A DNA stretch of 63,024 nt, counting the filler, from Asterionella formosa (taxonomy: Eukaryota), in the NCBI GenBank assembly GCA_002256025.1. It is 28 parts of 28 records of this genome, joined end to end, with 100 filler letters (N's around TTAATTAATTAA, not from the genome) between each part and the next. Parts side by side here need not be neighbours in the genome. Positions count along the whole stretch, not along the records: positions 36,124 to 38,276 come from NKIB01000320.1; positions 38,377 to 40,529 come from NKIB01000321.1; positions 40,630 to 42,782 come from NKIB01000322.1; positions 42,883 to 45,034 come from NKIB01000323.1; positions 45,135 to 47,285 come from NKIB01000324.1; positions 47,386 to 49,535 come from NKIB01000325.1; 22 more parts are not named here. One strand, 5' to 3'. Of this stretch, positions 36,223 to 48,499 are shown piece by piece (the stretch's first letter is position 1; every line of letters begins with the position of its first letter). Under the pieces are notes generated by a model that ran no database searches, was not told the origin of the DNA, and saw nothing but the letters and a program-made list of their open reading frames with translations. Made by a program: the position numbers and the translations under genes.

Positions 36223-37836
36223 TCATGCAGGAGCCAAATACAAATCACCATCAGGAATCACCCCTTGCTCCTCATCCATCACCAGTACACGCCCACTCCG
36301 ACTCCGAGGAGAGGATGGTGGCGTGGAGAATGGTGTCACAATGACAGTCCCCAAGGTGCTTTCCATTGCTGATAAGGCTTGTTGCTTGGCCTTACGAGCC
36401 CTTCGCTGATGCAATCGCTCTGCTAGACGCAGCTTGGCATGATATACACTGTCCATGCGTAGACAGACAAGGCCCGAAACGAACCAAAAGAAGCATGAAA
36501 ATATACTCACAATACTCCCTCCAGATAATCGACATGCATTTGTTCGACATAACATTGAATCGAAAAAAAAGAATGAGAAGGACTGGAAAAAATATGCAAC
36601 CAAGAAACCAAGTGCAATGGGCTTCATGTTGATGGACTCCCAGTATATGCTAGATAAAAGCATAGCGGTCAAAAAGGCACCCAAGTAGATGGCCGAGGAT
36701 AAAAAGCATCGTGATACATTCCACATAACGTCATTCACATTTTCGGTTGTTAGGTCCTGGGCATAGCAGCCAGGGCCCGGACTACTAGAGGATTTTGACA
36801 CACCCGCAGAACTTGTTGTGGAAGTGGTGACTGTTGAAAGATTATATTCCCCCATGGAGGTTGTTGTTCCACCTTCAGATTCGCTTTCATTAAAGCACAA
36901 TCGCATTCGATAAATTCCAATTTTTTCTACCTTTTGGAAGTAGGGTGACACGTAAAGTGGATCAGCAAGAACGGCAAACTCTAGCGAGCGCTTCGAAAGT
37001 ATTGCCAAAATTAATGCACTGATGGCAGTCACCAGCGAAATGATAGTCAAGAATTTGCCATGAGCAAACCAAGATAAATGCTTTTTTTGTAGAGTGTTTG
37101 GTTCTATTACCTCTTTTTGATCACTTGCTTCATCGACGGAAGGAGAGTCATTTGAGTGAAACTCAATATTATCGGTGTGGACTGCATGGTCCACTACGAT
37201 CGATGGTGTACACTCGAAATGTTCTGTCGCAATTCCAGAAAGATTGCGCAAACTTTTTTGCTGTGATAATGTATAGAAGTCATTGGACTCGATCGGGGTC
37301 AAGGCGTCGGCAGCACTTGCGTCGTTAAAGTACATGTTGGCAACATCACCATCCGTATTTGAGTCTTCAAACCGGTGCAAAGTCGGTGATTTTGATGGAG
37401 CTGAGTTTGATCGTGCTCTACCTATAGGTACTCTTGATTCAGATTGCGACAAGTATGATAGTTGTGACCCTTCCGTATCCAAATCGAGGGATCTTTGTTT
37501 GACATGCGAGTCATCCTCAAAGTCTGTTGGTTCTGTAACGTCAAGTTCAAACTCCTTCGACTCATGAGAAACCGTTTGCTCGATACCATCTTCTTCGTCG
37601 GTTTGAACCGTCACCTTCGGTGCTGGTATCGACGCCACAAAGATTAATTTATCCGGAATGGCCATGAGTTGAGTAATAAATGAATCGAAACTAGGAACAA
37701 TCAAATTTGAGGTTGCTCCATCACAAGAACTTGACGTCGCTTCCTCCAACTTGTCATGATTCGGCATAGGAACCGTCTCGCTTTCCCATAGTTCATTGAC
37801 CGAACAGGTGCTGGCGTAGGTTTCACTGGTTGTCAT
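36223..37836 (-). CDS. 537-aa membrane protein: low-complexity N-terminus plus claudin-like 4-TM domain
   Basis: Intact ORF; four hydrophobic helices with Cys-containing loops (IGIYRMRLC, LCRTNACRLSGG). Confidence 0.75.
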   Translation of the reverse strand: MTTSETYASTCSVNELWESETVPMPNHDKLEEATSSSCDGATSNLIVPSFDSFITQLMAIPDKLIFVASIPAPKVTVQTDEEDGIEQTVSHESKEFELDVTEPTDFEDDSHVKQRSLDLDTEGSQLSYLSQSESRVPIGRARSNSAPSKSPTLHRFEDSNTDGDVANMYFNDASAADALTPIESNDFYTLSQQKSLRNLSGIATEHFECTPSIVVDHAVHTDNIEFHSNDSPSVDEASDQKEVIEPNTLQKKHLSWFAHGKFLTIISLVTAISALILAILSKRSLEFAVLADPLYVSPYFQKVEKIGIYRMRLCFNESESEGGTTTSMGEYNLSTVTTSTTSSAGVSKSSSSPGPGCYAQDLTTENVNDVMWNVSRCFLSSAIYLGAFLTAMLLSSIYWESINMKPIALGFLVAYFFQSFSFFFFDSMLCRTNACRLSGGSIVSIFSCFFWFVSGLVCLRMDSVYHAKLRLAERLHQRRARKAKQQALSAMESTLGTVIVTPFSTPPSSPRSRSGRVLVMDEEQGVIPDGDLYLAPA

Positions 37837-38852
37837 GGTCGTGACTACTGTGTCTTCCCTGTCACGATTTTTCGATTGGCATTTATTATGGTAACATTAA
37901 TCAGGCGATTTCGAGTTTTTTGTTGCTTGACAACACTCAATTACCCACGCTTTGTGAGCAGAGCACAATTTAATATACCCTACGCATATGGTTATCCTTC
38001 ATACCCAATTTCGGTGATAGTAAATTAAACACATAAAAGCTGCTCTTGATAACAAGTAGATTGGACTCCAGACAAAATGATGATTTTGCTACTTAAATGC
38101 CGGTACTGACATCGATTATGAATGTCGGTAGAGTGGTCCATGCGTTGAGACGTTGAGGACCATGAACATACCGTATGTGTGCGTAGAGCCAACAAGCAAG
38201 ATGAGCGAATTGATGAGAGGAAATTGCATGTATTCACATAATATCGAGAAACCTCATATAGAGACACACATGTAATNNNNNNNNNNNNNNNNNNNNNNNN
38301 NNNNNNNNNNNNNNNNNNNNTTAATTAATTAANNNNNNNNNNNNNNNNNNNNNNNNNNNNNNNNNNNNNNNNNNNNGCTGGACAAGAGAGTTGATTGGAG
38401 GTCCAAGGCTGGACCCTAGAGCGGGTCTCTTTGTAGCATGTGGAATGCATCAATTAGCGGATCCAATGTGTAATGCATAGTTGTTTTTCTTTGCTTGTGA
38501 TATTTGTATTTTGGAAAACAAGTTGCTTCTGGCTTCCACTTCTTTCCAGTTGTTGCACTATTAACAAATACTTTTTCAAATGTTTTGATTTGATCAAATC
38601 TTTTCTCCTGGTTTTACTAGTATGCATGACAAACAAATATTGCTTCCTCAATGGAACAATTTTCATTATACCTTCTGGGGTTGCGGACTTGGCAAGAATT
38701 GAAATCCATTTGTAAATGTTCTCCTTTCTTAACCAGCTCCTCCGAGTTTCTGTTCTTACCATGAACCCAAAAACTGCATCAAACATCTTGATAGATGAGA
38801 GGTTCCCTAAATCTTGATATAGACTGGTAGATACTTCTATGTTGTATTAGGA

Positions 38853-39603
38853 ACCACTTAAAAACTGTAAGCCACCGTTATTTTACTCCATCTTCCGACT
38901 AAAAAATATTCAAGTAATATAACAATCGAAACCTGATGCAAGTACGAAGTGTATGTTACACGATGCACTCTTTTCTACGAATAAGAAATCAGTTTCAATT
39001 CAGGAGTGTATAAAGCCATGAAGATCTAATTTTTTTAAAGTCATTAAGATTGTTGCATAGCGGTGGCTTACAGTGCATATTTTTCTGCACATATGAGTAT
39101 ATTTTCCCCCCAAACCGTGATTATTTTTACTCCGTTTATACTACAGAAACTATTTTCGTATTACTTTACCTTTTTTGCGCGATGCAGTATGCTTTTTGCC
39201 CTTGCATCATCAGCGAATTCTTCTGATGCATAATGTATTCGAAAGCACAATGACGTCGTACACACATTTAATAATGCTAAATTAATTCTATGACAAGAAT
39301 TTCTCCAAATACATGTGCACGTGTAGAAAGACGATGCCAGCTCAATAGAGTAAACATTAAATTTTCCATTTTTCGCAATTTCGCGTCGACAGCAACCTTT
39401 GGGCCGTAATAAGTAGTTAACAACTTACACAATGCAACAATACAAGTACGTACGTATTTACTTGCTATATAAATCTGAACAACTTCTTCGTGACAATAAT
39501 TAACGTATCTTCCAAACTAAGTTCAAACCGTGCGTTTACTCCGTTTAGCGGTGGCTTACAGTTCAAAAGTCGTCATAGCGGTGGCTTACAGTTTTTAAGT
39601 GGT
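38853..39603. mobile_element. MITE-like element with 25-bp perfect TIRs
   Basis: ACCACTTAAAAACTGTAAGCCACCG / CGGTGGCTTACAGTTTTTAAGTGGT; internal copies of TAGCGGTGGCTTACAGT at ~39058 and ~39546. Confidence 0.7.
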
Positions 39604-39641
39604 ATACCATTATGTACAACATGTATGTACCCCAATGTAAC

Positions 39642-39808
39642 TGTTGAGGGGAACCTTATCGTGAATAAAGGTGAACTACAATATTATGACTATTCTATTG
39701 CTGTTCCAAGTACATCGTTGTTAGCACTCATGCATGTACCTAATCTGGTGGCTGTGCCGGTATGGTTCGTATGGCGCATGTATGGAGCATCATATGCAGA
39801 TATTAACA
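39642..39808 (-). repeat. 3' LTR (167 bp) of a Copia element
   Basis: TG...CA ends (TGTT/AACA); preceded on the minus strand by purine-rich GGTGAGGGTG; homologous to 48206-48373. Confidence 0.9.
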
Positions 39809-40529
39809 CACCCTCACCAACAGATGCAGGCAGAAGAACAGGAGCGGGGGTGGAGATGATATCAGCATCGGAAGCCAAGCAGGCATAATAGTTAGGAGGA
39901 CTAGGGAGGGATGGAGGGCAATGGAGATAGTGCGGGTGCATCAACATATGATGGGAAGCGGGATGATGTTTAGTGAAATAATCAGCATGATTCAAACTAC
40001 CTTTTTTCCAGTAGACAAGAAATTGGCCTTGGCGAAGCTGATCGCGTACCCAGTAATAACGCATATCCATAGCTTTGGAACGTTTTTGTCGGACGGTATC
40101 ATTGGCAATGCCACTGGCAGTGCTATTATCGGTGACAATATGGGTAGAAGGTTGGGGATGACCAAGCTTAACAAGAATGTTGCGAATAGCAATGCCTCTT
40201 TGCCATTGTGGAACAAAGCAGCTAATTCAGCCTCAGCAGCACTTGATACAACCTCCTTAAGAATTTGAAAGTGAACGTAAATAGCACCGTTAAGAGGAGG
40301 GATGGATGGAGTGAGGCTAGGTGAAGACAAGGGTTTACAGCTGAGAAAGTGAATGCCGGCAGCGCGGGAGCGACCACGTGTTTCAGAGAGATAGGAAGCA
40401 TTGCTTTCAACATGGAGGACCATGTCACTGGCAGTAAAGCGAAGTGTGGCCTCAGGATGCGTGGCACAATAATTGAGAAGGTGAGTAATAGCAGTCAAGG
40501 TAGCCACAGTGGGGGTTGCTTGTTGTGTA
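39809..40529 (-). mobile_element. Copia (CoDi-like) RT end and RNase H, frameshifted
   Basis: SYLSETRGRSRAAG, VVSSAAEAELAALF, MDMRYYWVRD, NHADYFTKHHP. Confidence 0.93.
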
Positions 40530-40629
40530 NNNNNNNNNNNNNNNNNNNNNNNNNNNNNNNNNNNNNNNNNNNNTTAATTAATTAANNNNNNNNNNNNNNN
40601 NNNNNNNNNNNNNNNNNNNNNNNNNNNNN

Positions 40630-41640
40630 CACCAGATGGCTGTGGGGCACCACTGGTGGTGGGCACCCTTAACATCAACGGGCTGCAGCGGAAAAAAACC
40701 GATCTTCGGTTTCTGTTGCAACAAACCCGGTGTGATGTTATGGCGGTGCAGGAGACGCTGCTCCGATCAACGGATTGGCAGCTTCGTTTGCCAGGTTACC
40801 ATTGCCTCACAGCAATGGGGGACCTGACAGCGTCGCAGCGAGGTGTGGCAATACTGGTGTCGCCCAAATTCAACTGTACCCCAGTTGGTAAGGCCACACC
40901 ATTTTGGACTTTTGCGAGAGTCTATGGGGCCACCCTCTTGAGGCCTATTCTTGTGGGAACAATCTATGTCCCATGCAGAGCGGATCGCATCCGAGTGCTC
41001 AGGGCCCTGCCCCGAGCCTTGGACGCTCTACATCGGGAGTTTCCAGAAGACCCAATTGTGATGATGGGAGACTTCAACATGAAGATGACGGAGTTGCAGA
41101 TTCTGATGGGACCGTGGCGGCTTCCCTTTCGGGTGTTACCCATCCGAGGGGGGGCCTCCACTCGCCAAAGCCGGCGGGAGGGACAGCCAACACCTGCCAT
41201 TGATTTCATCACATATTGTGGTGACACAGTGGCGGCTGTCCCCCCTGCCAGGGTCCTCGACACATGGGATATTTCGGACCACTTCCCAGTTGTTGCGGAC
41301 CTACCTGGGCTTACCAGAATCCCAGATATGGGGATTGCCCCACCACGGCCGGAATCACTGTACCGGCGGATTGTGATGGAGGAGAAGGAACTCAAAGTAA
41401 CCGTGGCTAATAGTAACTATTGGCAGCCACTAGCTGACTCGCTGGAAGAGGACCTGGAGGATGTAATCGAGTGTTCACATTCACTTGAAAACCCCACCAG
41501 TTACCACCAGGAAAGGTTGGATGGTATGGCCAAGAAGTTCACTACAACATGTCACCAGGTGGCAGAGGACCTGAACCTCCACCAACGGGTGGCGGGACAA
41601 AACCCACCAAGAGTGACAGGACAGGTATGTCGGGCAATTG
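40630..41640 (+). mobile_element. APE-like endonuclease domain of a non-LTR retrotransposon, truncated
   Basis: GTLNINGL, AVQET, RGVAILV, IYVP, MGDFN, IDFI, ISDHFPV motifs. Confidence 0.9.
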
Positions 41641-42782
41641 ACACTTCAGCAACTTCTTCACCCACATTGTTTGAAAACTCATCTGGATCCCAGATCTCGT
41701 CAATGTAGAGTTCCGCCTCTGCACCATTCACAACAAGTAGCCGTTTCCCCACAGGATTTGTACCTGGTTGTAGATTACGTACAAGTGCGTATGCCATCTG
41801 GATCCGTTGTGTCAGCTTGCCTGGTAAGAAACCCAGTAGACTTGGCTCAAAAGCCGCCCAAAGAAGGACTGGATGTGCCAGCGTTAGTGCCACATTCCAT
41901 GGAAATTCCATGCATATATTTGGCACTACATATTGCAGAAGCCAATCATCAGACGCACCGCTTTCTTCATTCAGAACATACTTGCATTTGGCGTCTGGAT
42001 AAGGTAGCTCAACATCAATGTAAGTGTCAACTTGTTCTGTGCGCCGTTTCCAGCGTCCACGGAAGGCAACATCATCCCAGGAGCAGCCATTTCAACGTGC
42101 ATGTGTTGATGGGTACTTCCGAAGGCTGTGTGTGCCAATCAAACCATTGTTCATTCGTTTGAACTCACTAGCTACTTCCCATACATCATCACGCAGAATT
42201 GTATAGGCCTTTCTTTTTGCATTTGATGGATTGTTGGTTTGTAGCGAAAATACTCATGGATTTTAGGGTGATGCACCTTGTTCCATACATTCTGTCTCAA
42301 GATGAACAGCCAAGGCAAGGAGAACGCAATAGTCTTGCAACATGGATGCAATGAGTACCTGGTTTGGTGCCTCCCTCTCTTCTTTAGCGTTTTTGTCCAA
42401 CACAGCTTGGCCATCAGAGTGAAAGGAAATCGAAGATTTGCAGTTAGGTTTATTTTTGTTAATTGCACACAATCGTCAATTCGGCCAACCATGTGGAATT
42501 GAAAGGCACACAGTGCAGGCAACTGATACCGATGGATACTGTTCTTGAATGAATGAAGGATATGCATTGTATTGGAGAACTCTTGGGATTTTAGGGGTCG
42601 CCTTGTTGCTTGTGATGGTTTCCCTTGTCTGCGCACTTCCTTCTTTTTTACTGCTTTGATGAGGTTATTGACACGCACAGACCTTGTTGGATTGCCACTG
42701 TGCATAATAGCATTCCAAGTGGAGAGTCGATTTGGCATAAAATACGACAATGCCTTTTTGTAGTATTCCAGGGAAGAAGACC
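41641..42782 (-). mobile_element. Crypton-like tyrosine recombinase pseudogene
   Basis: GNPTRSVRVNNLIK, FQFHMVGRIDD, KNAKEEREAPNQVL, and GTHSLRK and YPDAK remnants as in stramenopile Cryptons; several frameshifts. Confidence 0.7.
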
Positions 42783-42882
42783 NNNNNNNNNNNNNNNNNN
42801 NNNNNNNNNNNNNNNNNNNNNNNNNNTTAATTAATTAANNNNNNNNNNNNNNNNNNNNNNNNNNNNNNNNNNNNNNNNNNNN

Positions 42883-44466
42883 CAACAAAACTTGCCACAA
42901 CGACGAATCAAACGGTTTCGAATATGAGGAGTGGTTGGAACGAAGAGACTTGTCATATACATGACACTTCTGTCCGACTCGGTCGATGGAGCAAAAGAAA
43001 CGACACCAGCGTCCGGTTATTTGCAAATGGCTGTACTTGATTAAAAACAAATAACCATTTTGTTAGTAACTATTAATGAGTAAATAAAAATTCTTACTTC
43101 CATCTTTCCCCATAGGAATCAAGCAAAAACGAAACTAGTGATGGAGAGATACGCTCTGTACCATTTGCTTTTGTGTTAATGGCATTTCCGAATCTTTTGC
43201 AAATGGCAACTGAGTTTTGCTCTGGAGTGGAACCAGGCGACAAATACATGTGAAGTCTCAATGCACCATTGCTTAGGTGATTATCCATAGCACCTGCATG
43301 AACTTTATCACCTCGCATTAAGAAGATGTACTGGAAGGGAATGCGAAGAAGCATCGCATGTTGGTTTACATGTTCCATGGCATGTTGCTTGAATTTTTGC
43401 TTTACCTGTACCTTTTCGATCTAAAATGAGGTTAGACTCAAATGACTCGCCATCCCAGACATTTATAGAGAAACCACCAGCACCTAGGGACATATCCAAT
43501 CCCCAAGGAAGGCACTTTTCGAAGTCATTGACTACCAGTTCTGCCTGCTGATAGTCAAAATGTGGCTCCTGAGAAACATTTGAGTGATTTACAGCAGTGT
43601 GCAACAATGTACAGGTGTGAGGCATACTCTTCCTGACATATGTTGCATCACTTACAAGTGATTGCAGCACAGAACCGGGAATGACCATAGACAAAGTTTT
43701 CCAAAACATGTCGATATTGTTGGAAAGTAATGAATCATTTATTGTTGCCCACACGAGGGGCTGTGTCTGTGATGACCACGAATTGATTTAAAAGGACCTT
43801 TACCACAGAATTTACATTTGTCCTCGTCGTTGTTGTCACACAGATCCATGATATTTACTGTCGTTGCAGTGCTGTGTTGGCGAGAGAAAAATAAGAATAA
43901 CAGGTAGCTAAAATAATGGACCTTGTTCGGCACATATTTGGCAAACAATACTACCTGGTACCATCCTCATCAGTAGACATAATTCCACCAGTGTTGATTT
44001 TGACTAATAATAATCACGTAAAAAAATTGGGTATCTTAGTTGAACTTTCAAATGAATTATTTGAAACATCAACTAATTCAGTCTCGCGTTCAAAATTCAT
44101 TGTGAAAACTTCACATGAAACAGTTAAAACTTCATATGAAACCGTTAAAACTTCACATGAAACCGTTAAAAGTAACCTTTTTACGTGAAGAGTGGCATTA
44201 ATGCATGTGAAGTACCACATAATTAACACTCGTACGTAAACGAAATTTCGAAAAGTCAAATGAATTATTTGAAACATCAACTAATTCAGTCTCGCGTTCA
44301 AAATTCATTGTGAAAACTTCACATGAAGCAGTTAAAACTTCACATGAAACCGTTAAAAGTAATCTTTTTTACGTGAAGAGTGGCATTAATGCATGTGAAG
44401 TACCACATAATTAACACTCATACGTAGACGAAATTTCGAAAAGTGGCATATTTCGCATCTTAGATG
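42883..44466 (-). mobile_element. End A of CATCTAAG transposon with duplicated subterminal block and internal gene
   Basis: Ends ...GTGGCATATTTCGCATCTTAGATG|TA; the ~200-bp subterminal block is present twice. Confidence 0.85.
43094..43849 (-). pseudogene. Zn-finger plus 2OG-Fe(II) dioxygenase-like gene, frameshifted
   Basis: CKFCGK...HHRHSPSC; QEPHFDY (HxD); LMRGDKVHAG (distal His); LRLHMYL (2OG-binding Arg). Confidence 0.6.
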
Positions 44467-44845
44467 TAACTCTAGCAAGTACAATACAGAAAAAGAATCA
44501 GAGGAGGAGTAGCTGTCAAGGATTGAATTCATAAAATGTTTTAGAAACAGCTGTTGCATATTTTAACATTCAATGCATGTCGCCGTAGTGAGTCGAAATT
44601 GAGATGTGCCGCAATGGCCTTCTCTGTTACGAAGCAGTAACAAATAGTCTACAGCGATTACTCTAGCAAGAACAATATAGAAAAAGAGGGAAAGGATGAG
44701 TAGCTGACAAGAATTGAATCCGTAAATTCGCTAAGAAACAGCTGTTGCATATTTTAACATTCAATGCATGTCGCCGTAGTGAGTCAAAATTTAGATGTGC
44801 CGCAATGGCCTTCTCCTTTTCGGAGTGGCTACAAATAGTCTACAG
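44467..44845 (+). repeat. ~185-190-bp tandem repeat (also at 57927-58186)
   Basis: Two units containing GTTGCATATTTTAACATTCAATGCATGTCGCCGTAGTGAGTC. Confidence 0.85.
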
Positions 44846-45134
44846 TTCTCAGAAAATCAACATTCGCAATGACGGCATTGATCTCGTGTACATTGAATAC
44901 TATGCTGGATATAAATCGGCCTTAAATTGGTGGAGAAAGATGATGGTTTGGAATTTTTGCTGCCACAGCACTGATGATCAGTCCACAAGCATCCGAAAAT
45001 TTTACACATCCGGATGCCTTCTTTGATCAGTATANNNNNNNNNNNNNNNNNNNNNNNNNNNNNNNNNNNNNNNNNNNNTTAATTAATTAANNNNNNNNNN
45101 NNNNNNNNNNNNNNNNNNNNNNNNNNNNNNNNNN

Positions 45135-45450
45135 GATAGAATGGAACCTGACATTGAATGCCTTGGCAAGGTCAGAATGTTTCGACCAACCTGCAGGAGC
45201 GCAATAGCATACATGAGGAATGTCAAGATGTTGGAGAGGAGCCAGTTACTGAAACTGAAAATTCCAAAGCATTTAAAGAGCCGAACATCGAATGCATTGG
45301 CAAATCAGAATGTTTCGACGAACCATCAGGATCGCAACAGCATAAATGAGGAACGGCAAAATTTTGGAGAATGCCAAGTACAGAAACTCAAAACTCTGAC
45401 ATTTTCAGCGTCGATACTGAGATAGAATGAATTTGGACATTGAATGCGTA
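45135..45450 (+). repeat. ~135-bp degenerate tandem repeat, probably coding-derived
   Basis: EPDIECLGK / EPNIECIGK units recur. Confidence 0.55.
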
Positions 45451-47385
45451 GACAAAGTAATTTCGTGGAAAACATATATCATTGCTAAAATGGATGCTTT
45501 CAAAGCTTAATGTACCTTTGACATGCAATTTACTAATATCGAAAGGTATGTATAAGATGATGTGATTATTTTGTGGTGGGCATTTTCGAAGTATTAGTAC
45601 TAGTTGGAAATACATAACTTTGTGATTTGGACGCAAATGAATTTTTTAAATTTCTTCTATTGTTTATGGTGGGGCATATGATTCCTCCCCCCCCCCCTAG
45701 TTTGAATGTAAGGAATAAGGCAACGGCACAAGTAGTTGTGTACTAAATCTCTGTTTTTCATGGGTAAGCAAGACAAAATCTGATGTGAATTCTGTCATAG
45801 ACAAGGCCAAGTGATACTCAAAATGTATTCAGTTTGTGGTGTCATGACAGAATATGTGCGACCCCTGCTCTGGTAACTTCATATAGCATTTGCATTGTTG
45901 AAAACTGCATTTGACTGATGGAGTTGATCACTCTACCTACTAAATATTATGTTTCAACCATTCTCCATGTATCCCTATACATGTCCAACATTCCTGAAAT
46001 TTACTTTTCATTAATCAAGTTGCAAGTTGCAACTGAATTATGATTTGACATCAAATATTTGTTTGATATATCAATATTTTCGTCATATTGTTCAATGCTT
46101 CTATCTCCTCATGAAAAACGAACAGTACTCTTCTTTCCAAAAGTGTGGCATTACTGTTAGCTTCTCGTGACAACAAGAACATGATGCACAATCATAAAGC
46201 CCTTCTTGTTCCATTCCTGAAGAAGGTCAACACCAGAAATAATCTTGAATTTTGTAAATGAACTTGGGATTTGCAAATGAATTATCCTTTCAAGTAGAAT
46301 ATTACTTGAATCTCCAATGAAATTATTTGTTTCATCTAGCTATCATTGTATTGTGGTGTTCAATGTTTGGATTTGAAAGTTCACACAACAACATCTAAAT
46401 AATAACCTTGCTTCAAAAATAGTTTCATAAGTATGTTTGTGAAGTGTAAAATGGTTCAGTCCAGCCAGTTTGAACAAAAATTCAAATAATAGCATAATAC
46501 ATGACTAATGTGGCAGCATGGCTGGTAAGCCAGTTAGCACTAGAACCGATTTCTACTACTGGAATATGCACTGCTCTTTCCAAGGTTGAATGCAATGTTT
46601 ATACTGTACACTGCTCCAAGAACATAATGAGACAAGAGTGACAATATTGTTGGAGTTGGACCAGGCCGGTAGCCTACCGGTACACCGTACTATATGTGCT
46701 GTCGCAAATACCAGTAAATAGAAAGATGCCGCCTAATTCCAAACCGAGAAAGGAAATGAATGTCACACTTCTGCCGATGTGAAAAATCTATGAAGGAATC
46801 GAATCAGCTGGCTGATGAACGAATCTCAATATATATTTTGCTGTATATAAATATTTACATACTGTCGGTAAGTTCAGGTGCTCTGTAAAACGCATCAGAT
46901 TCTGATTCCCGCGTAAACAATGACATCATTTTTTCTCATCGTCTTGACTTTTCTCCTACGACATTGAGTGCTGTGCGCAGCTAGTACGCACATAAACAAT
47001 TTTCCTATTAAACTTAAACTACCGTATTACAAACCGGCAATTATATACCTAAATATCATTATTCTAAATAATATTTATTTTATGTGTCGTATAGCCCCTA
47101 CTCCTCCTTGACAAAAATCTTCCGACTCAATCTTACGTCGCTCAATCATCATTGTTCCTTTTTTTTCTCGCTTTCGCTGTATTCTTTGTGTCAAGAATGG
47201 CACCGCCTTTAACTCCTTCGTGGCAGTCCAATCAGCTACTCGTCCCTTCGATAGTACTTGGCTTGTCATGCGGAGTCGGCTACTTNNNNNNNNNNNNNNN
47301 NNNNNNNNNNNNNNNNNNNNNNNNNNNNNTTAATTAATTAANNNNNNNNNNNNNNNNNNNNNNNNNNNNNNNNNNNNNNNNNNNN

Positions 47386-48003
47386 TGCCCTTCAAATGTG
47401 GTGGGGTGCTTATGTACTTTTCAACTACCAAGGCTTCACATTTAATGACTTTCTAATCTCAAATTTTGCTCTTTTATTCGCCCCTTTGGGTCTTGTTGCT
47501 GCCTTTCAAGGATTAACTGATAAAAACGAGGCAATGAAGAGTGCTGGACGAATTTTTTACTTGTTGGACAGGAAAAGTGAGATCGATCCATTGAGTGAAA
47601 AGGGTAAAAAGTTGGGTCAAGGTGAGAGCTACAATGACTATTATACATCGGGTTAGGGTTAGGGCAGGTGATTCATCAAAGCCAGGGCTCCGGCGGAAAA
47701 AATTTATGAGACCCAAGAGGAATCGGCAGATGCTTCCAAGTCCGCGGACCAGTCCATGAAGAAGTCGACTAAAAGTACAGTAAAAGAAGAGGGTGAACGA
47801 AAGCTCAAGGCTATCTTACCAGCGTACAAAATTGATGCTTTCTCTGATGAGGGCCTAAAACCAACCAACATTAAGAAAAATATCATCTTCAAGGATGTTG
47901 TGTTCACGTACCCTACTCGACCAAACAATCGTGTTTTGAAGGGACTTAACTTGGAAATTGAAGCTGGGAAAACAGTAGCTCTCGTCGGACCAAGTGGTGG
48001 AGG
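47386..48003 (+). pseudogene. ABCB (MDR/P-glycoprotein-like) transporter fragments
   Basis: AGRIFYLLDRKSEIDPLSEKG; IIFKDVVFTYPTRP...GKTVALVGPSGGG (Walker A start) followed by a GTGAGT donor. Confidence 0.8.
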
Positions 48004-48205
48004 TGAGTGAGGCTGTGTATGCATTATGACCACATTGAAGGGTTCATTGTACATTGTTGTTTATTATTATTTGTTCAAGCAATTAAAGATGTATACTTTT
48101 CATTCTATATAATTCATTTGTTTCTCCACATTAATTAGTAGTATGTACTAACTGAGTAAAAACATACAAAATAAGTATACCTAATTAATTTAATTGAGTT
48201 AATAT

Positions 48206-48373
48206 TGTTAATATCTGCATATGATGCTCCATACATGCGCCCATATGAACCATACCGGCGCAGCCACCAGATTAGGTACATGCATGAGTGCTAACAATGA
48301 TGTACTCGAAACAGCAATAGAATAGTCATAATATTGTAGTTCACCTTTATTCATGACAAGGTTCTCCTCAACA
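48206..48373 (+). repeat. 5' LTR of the same Copia family
   Basis: TGTTAA...TCAACA, homologous to rc 39642-39808. Confidence 0.9.
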
Positions 48374-48499
48374 GAACTACAATATCTGTTCTCTCTCTCT
48401 TGTCCGCACCTGTGACGTTGCGGCTCTTGTCGACGGTGCAAACCAGCACTGGTCTCAACAATCAACCGTCCAGCACCGCTTGCCCGTTCGCTGCCCCTG

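Noticed and set aside
45700..46600. Possible decayed coding sequence (also ~14900-15550, 53300-53560, 60000-60778, 62547-63024)
   Set aside because: Too degenerate to assign without a search.
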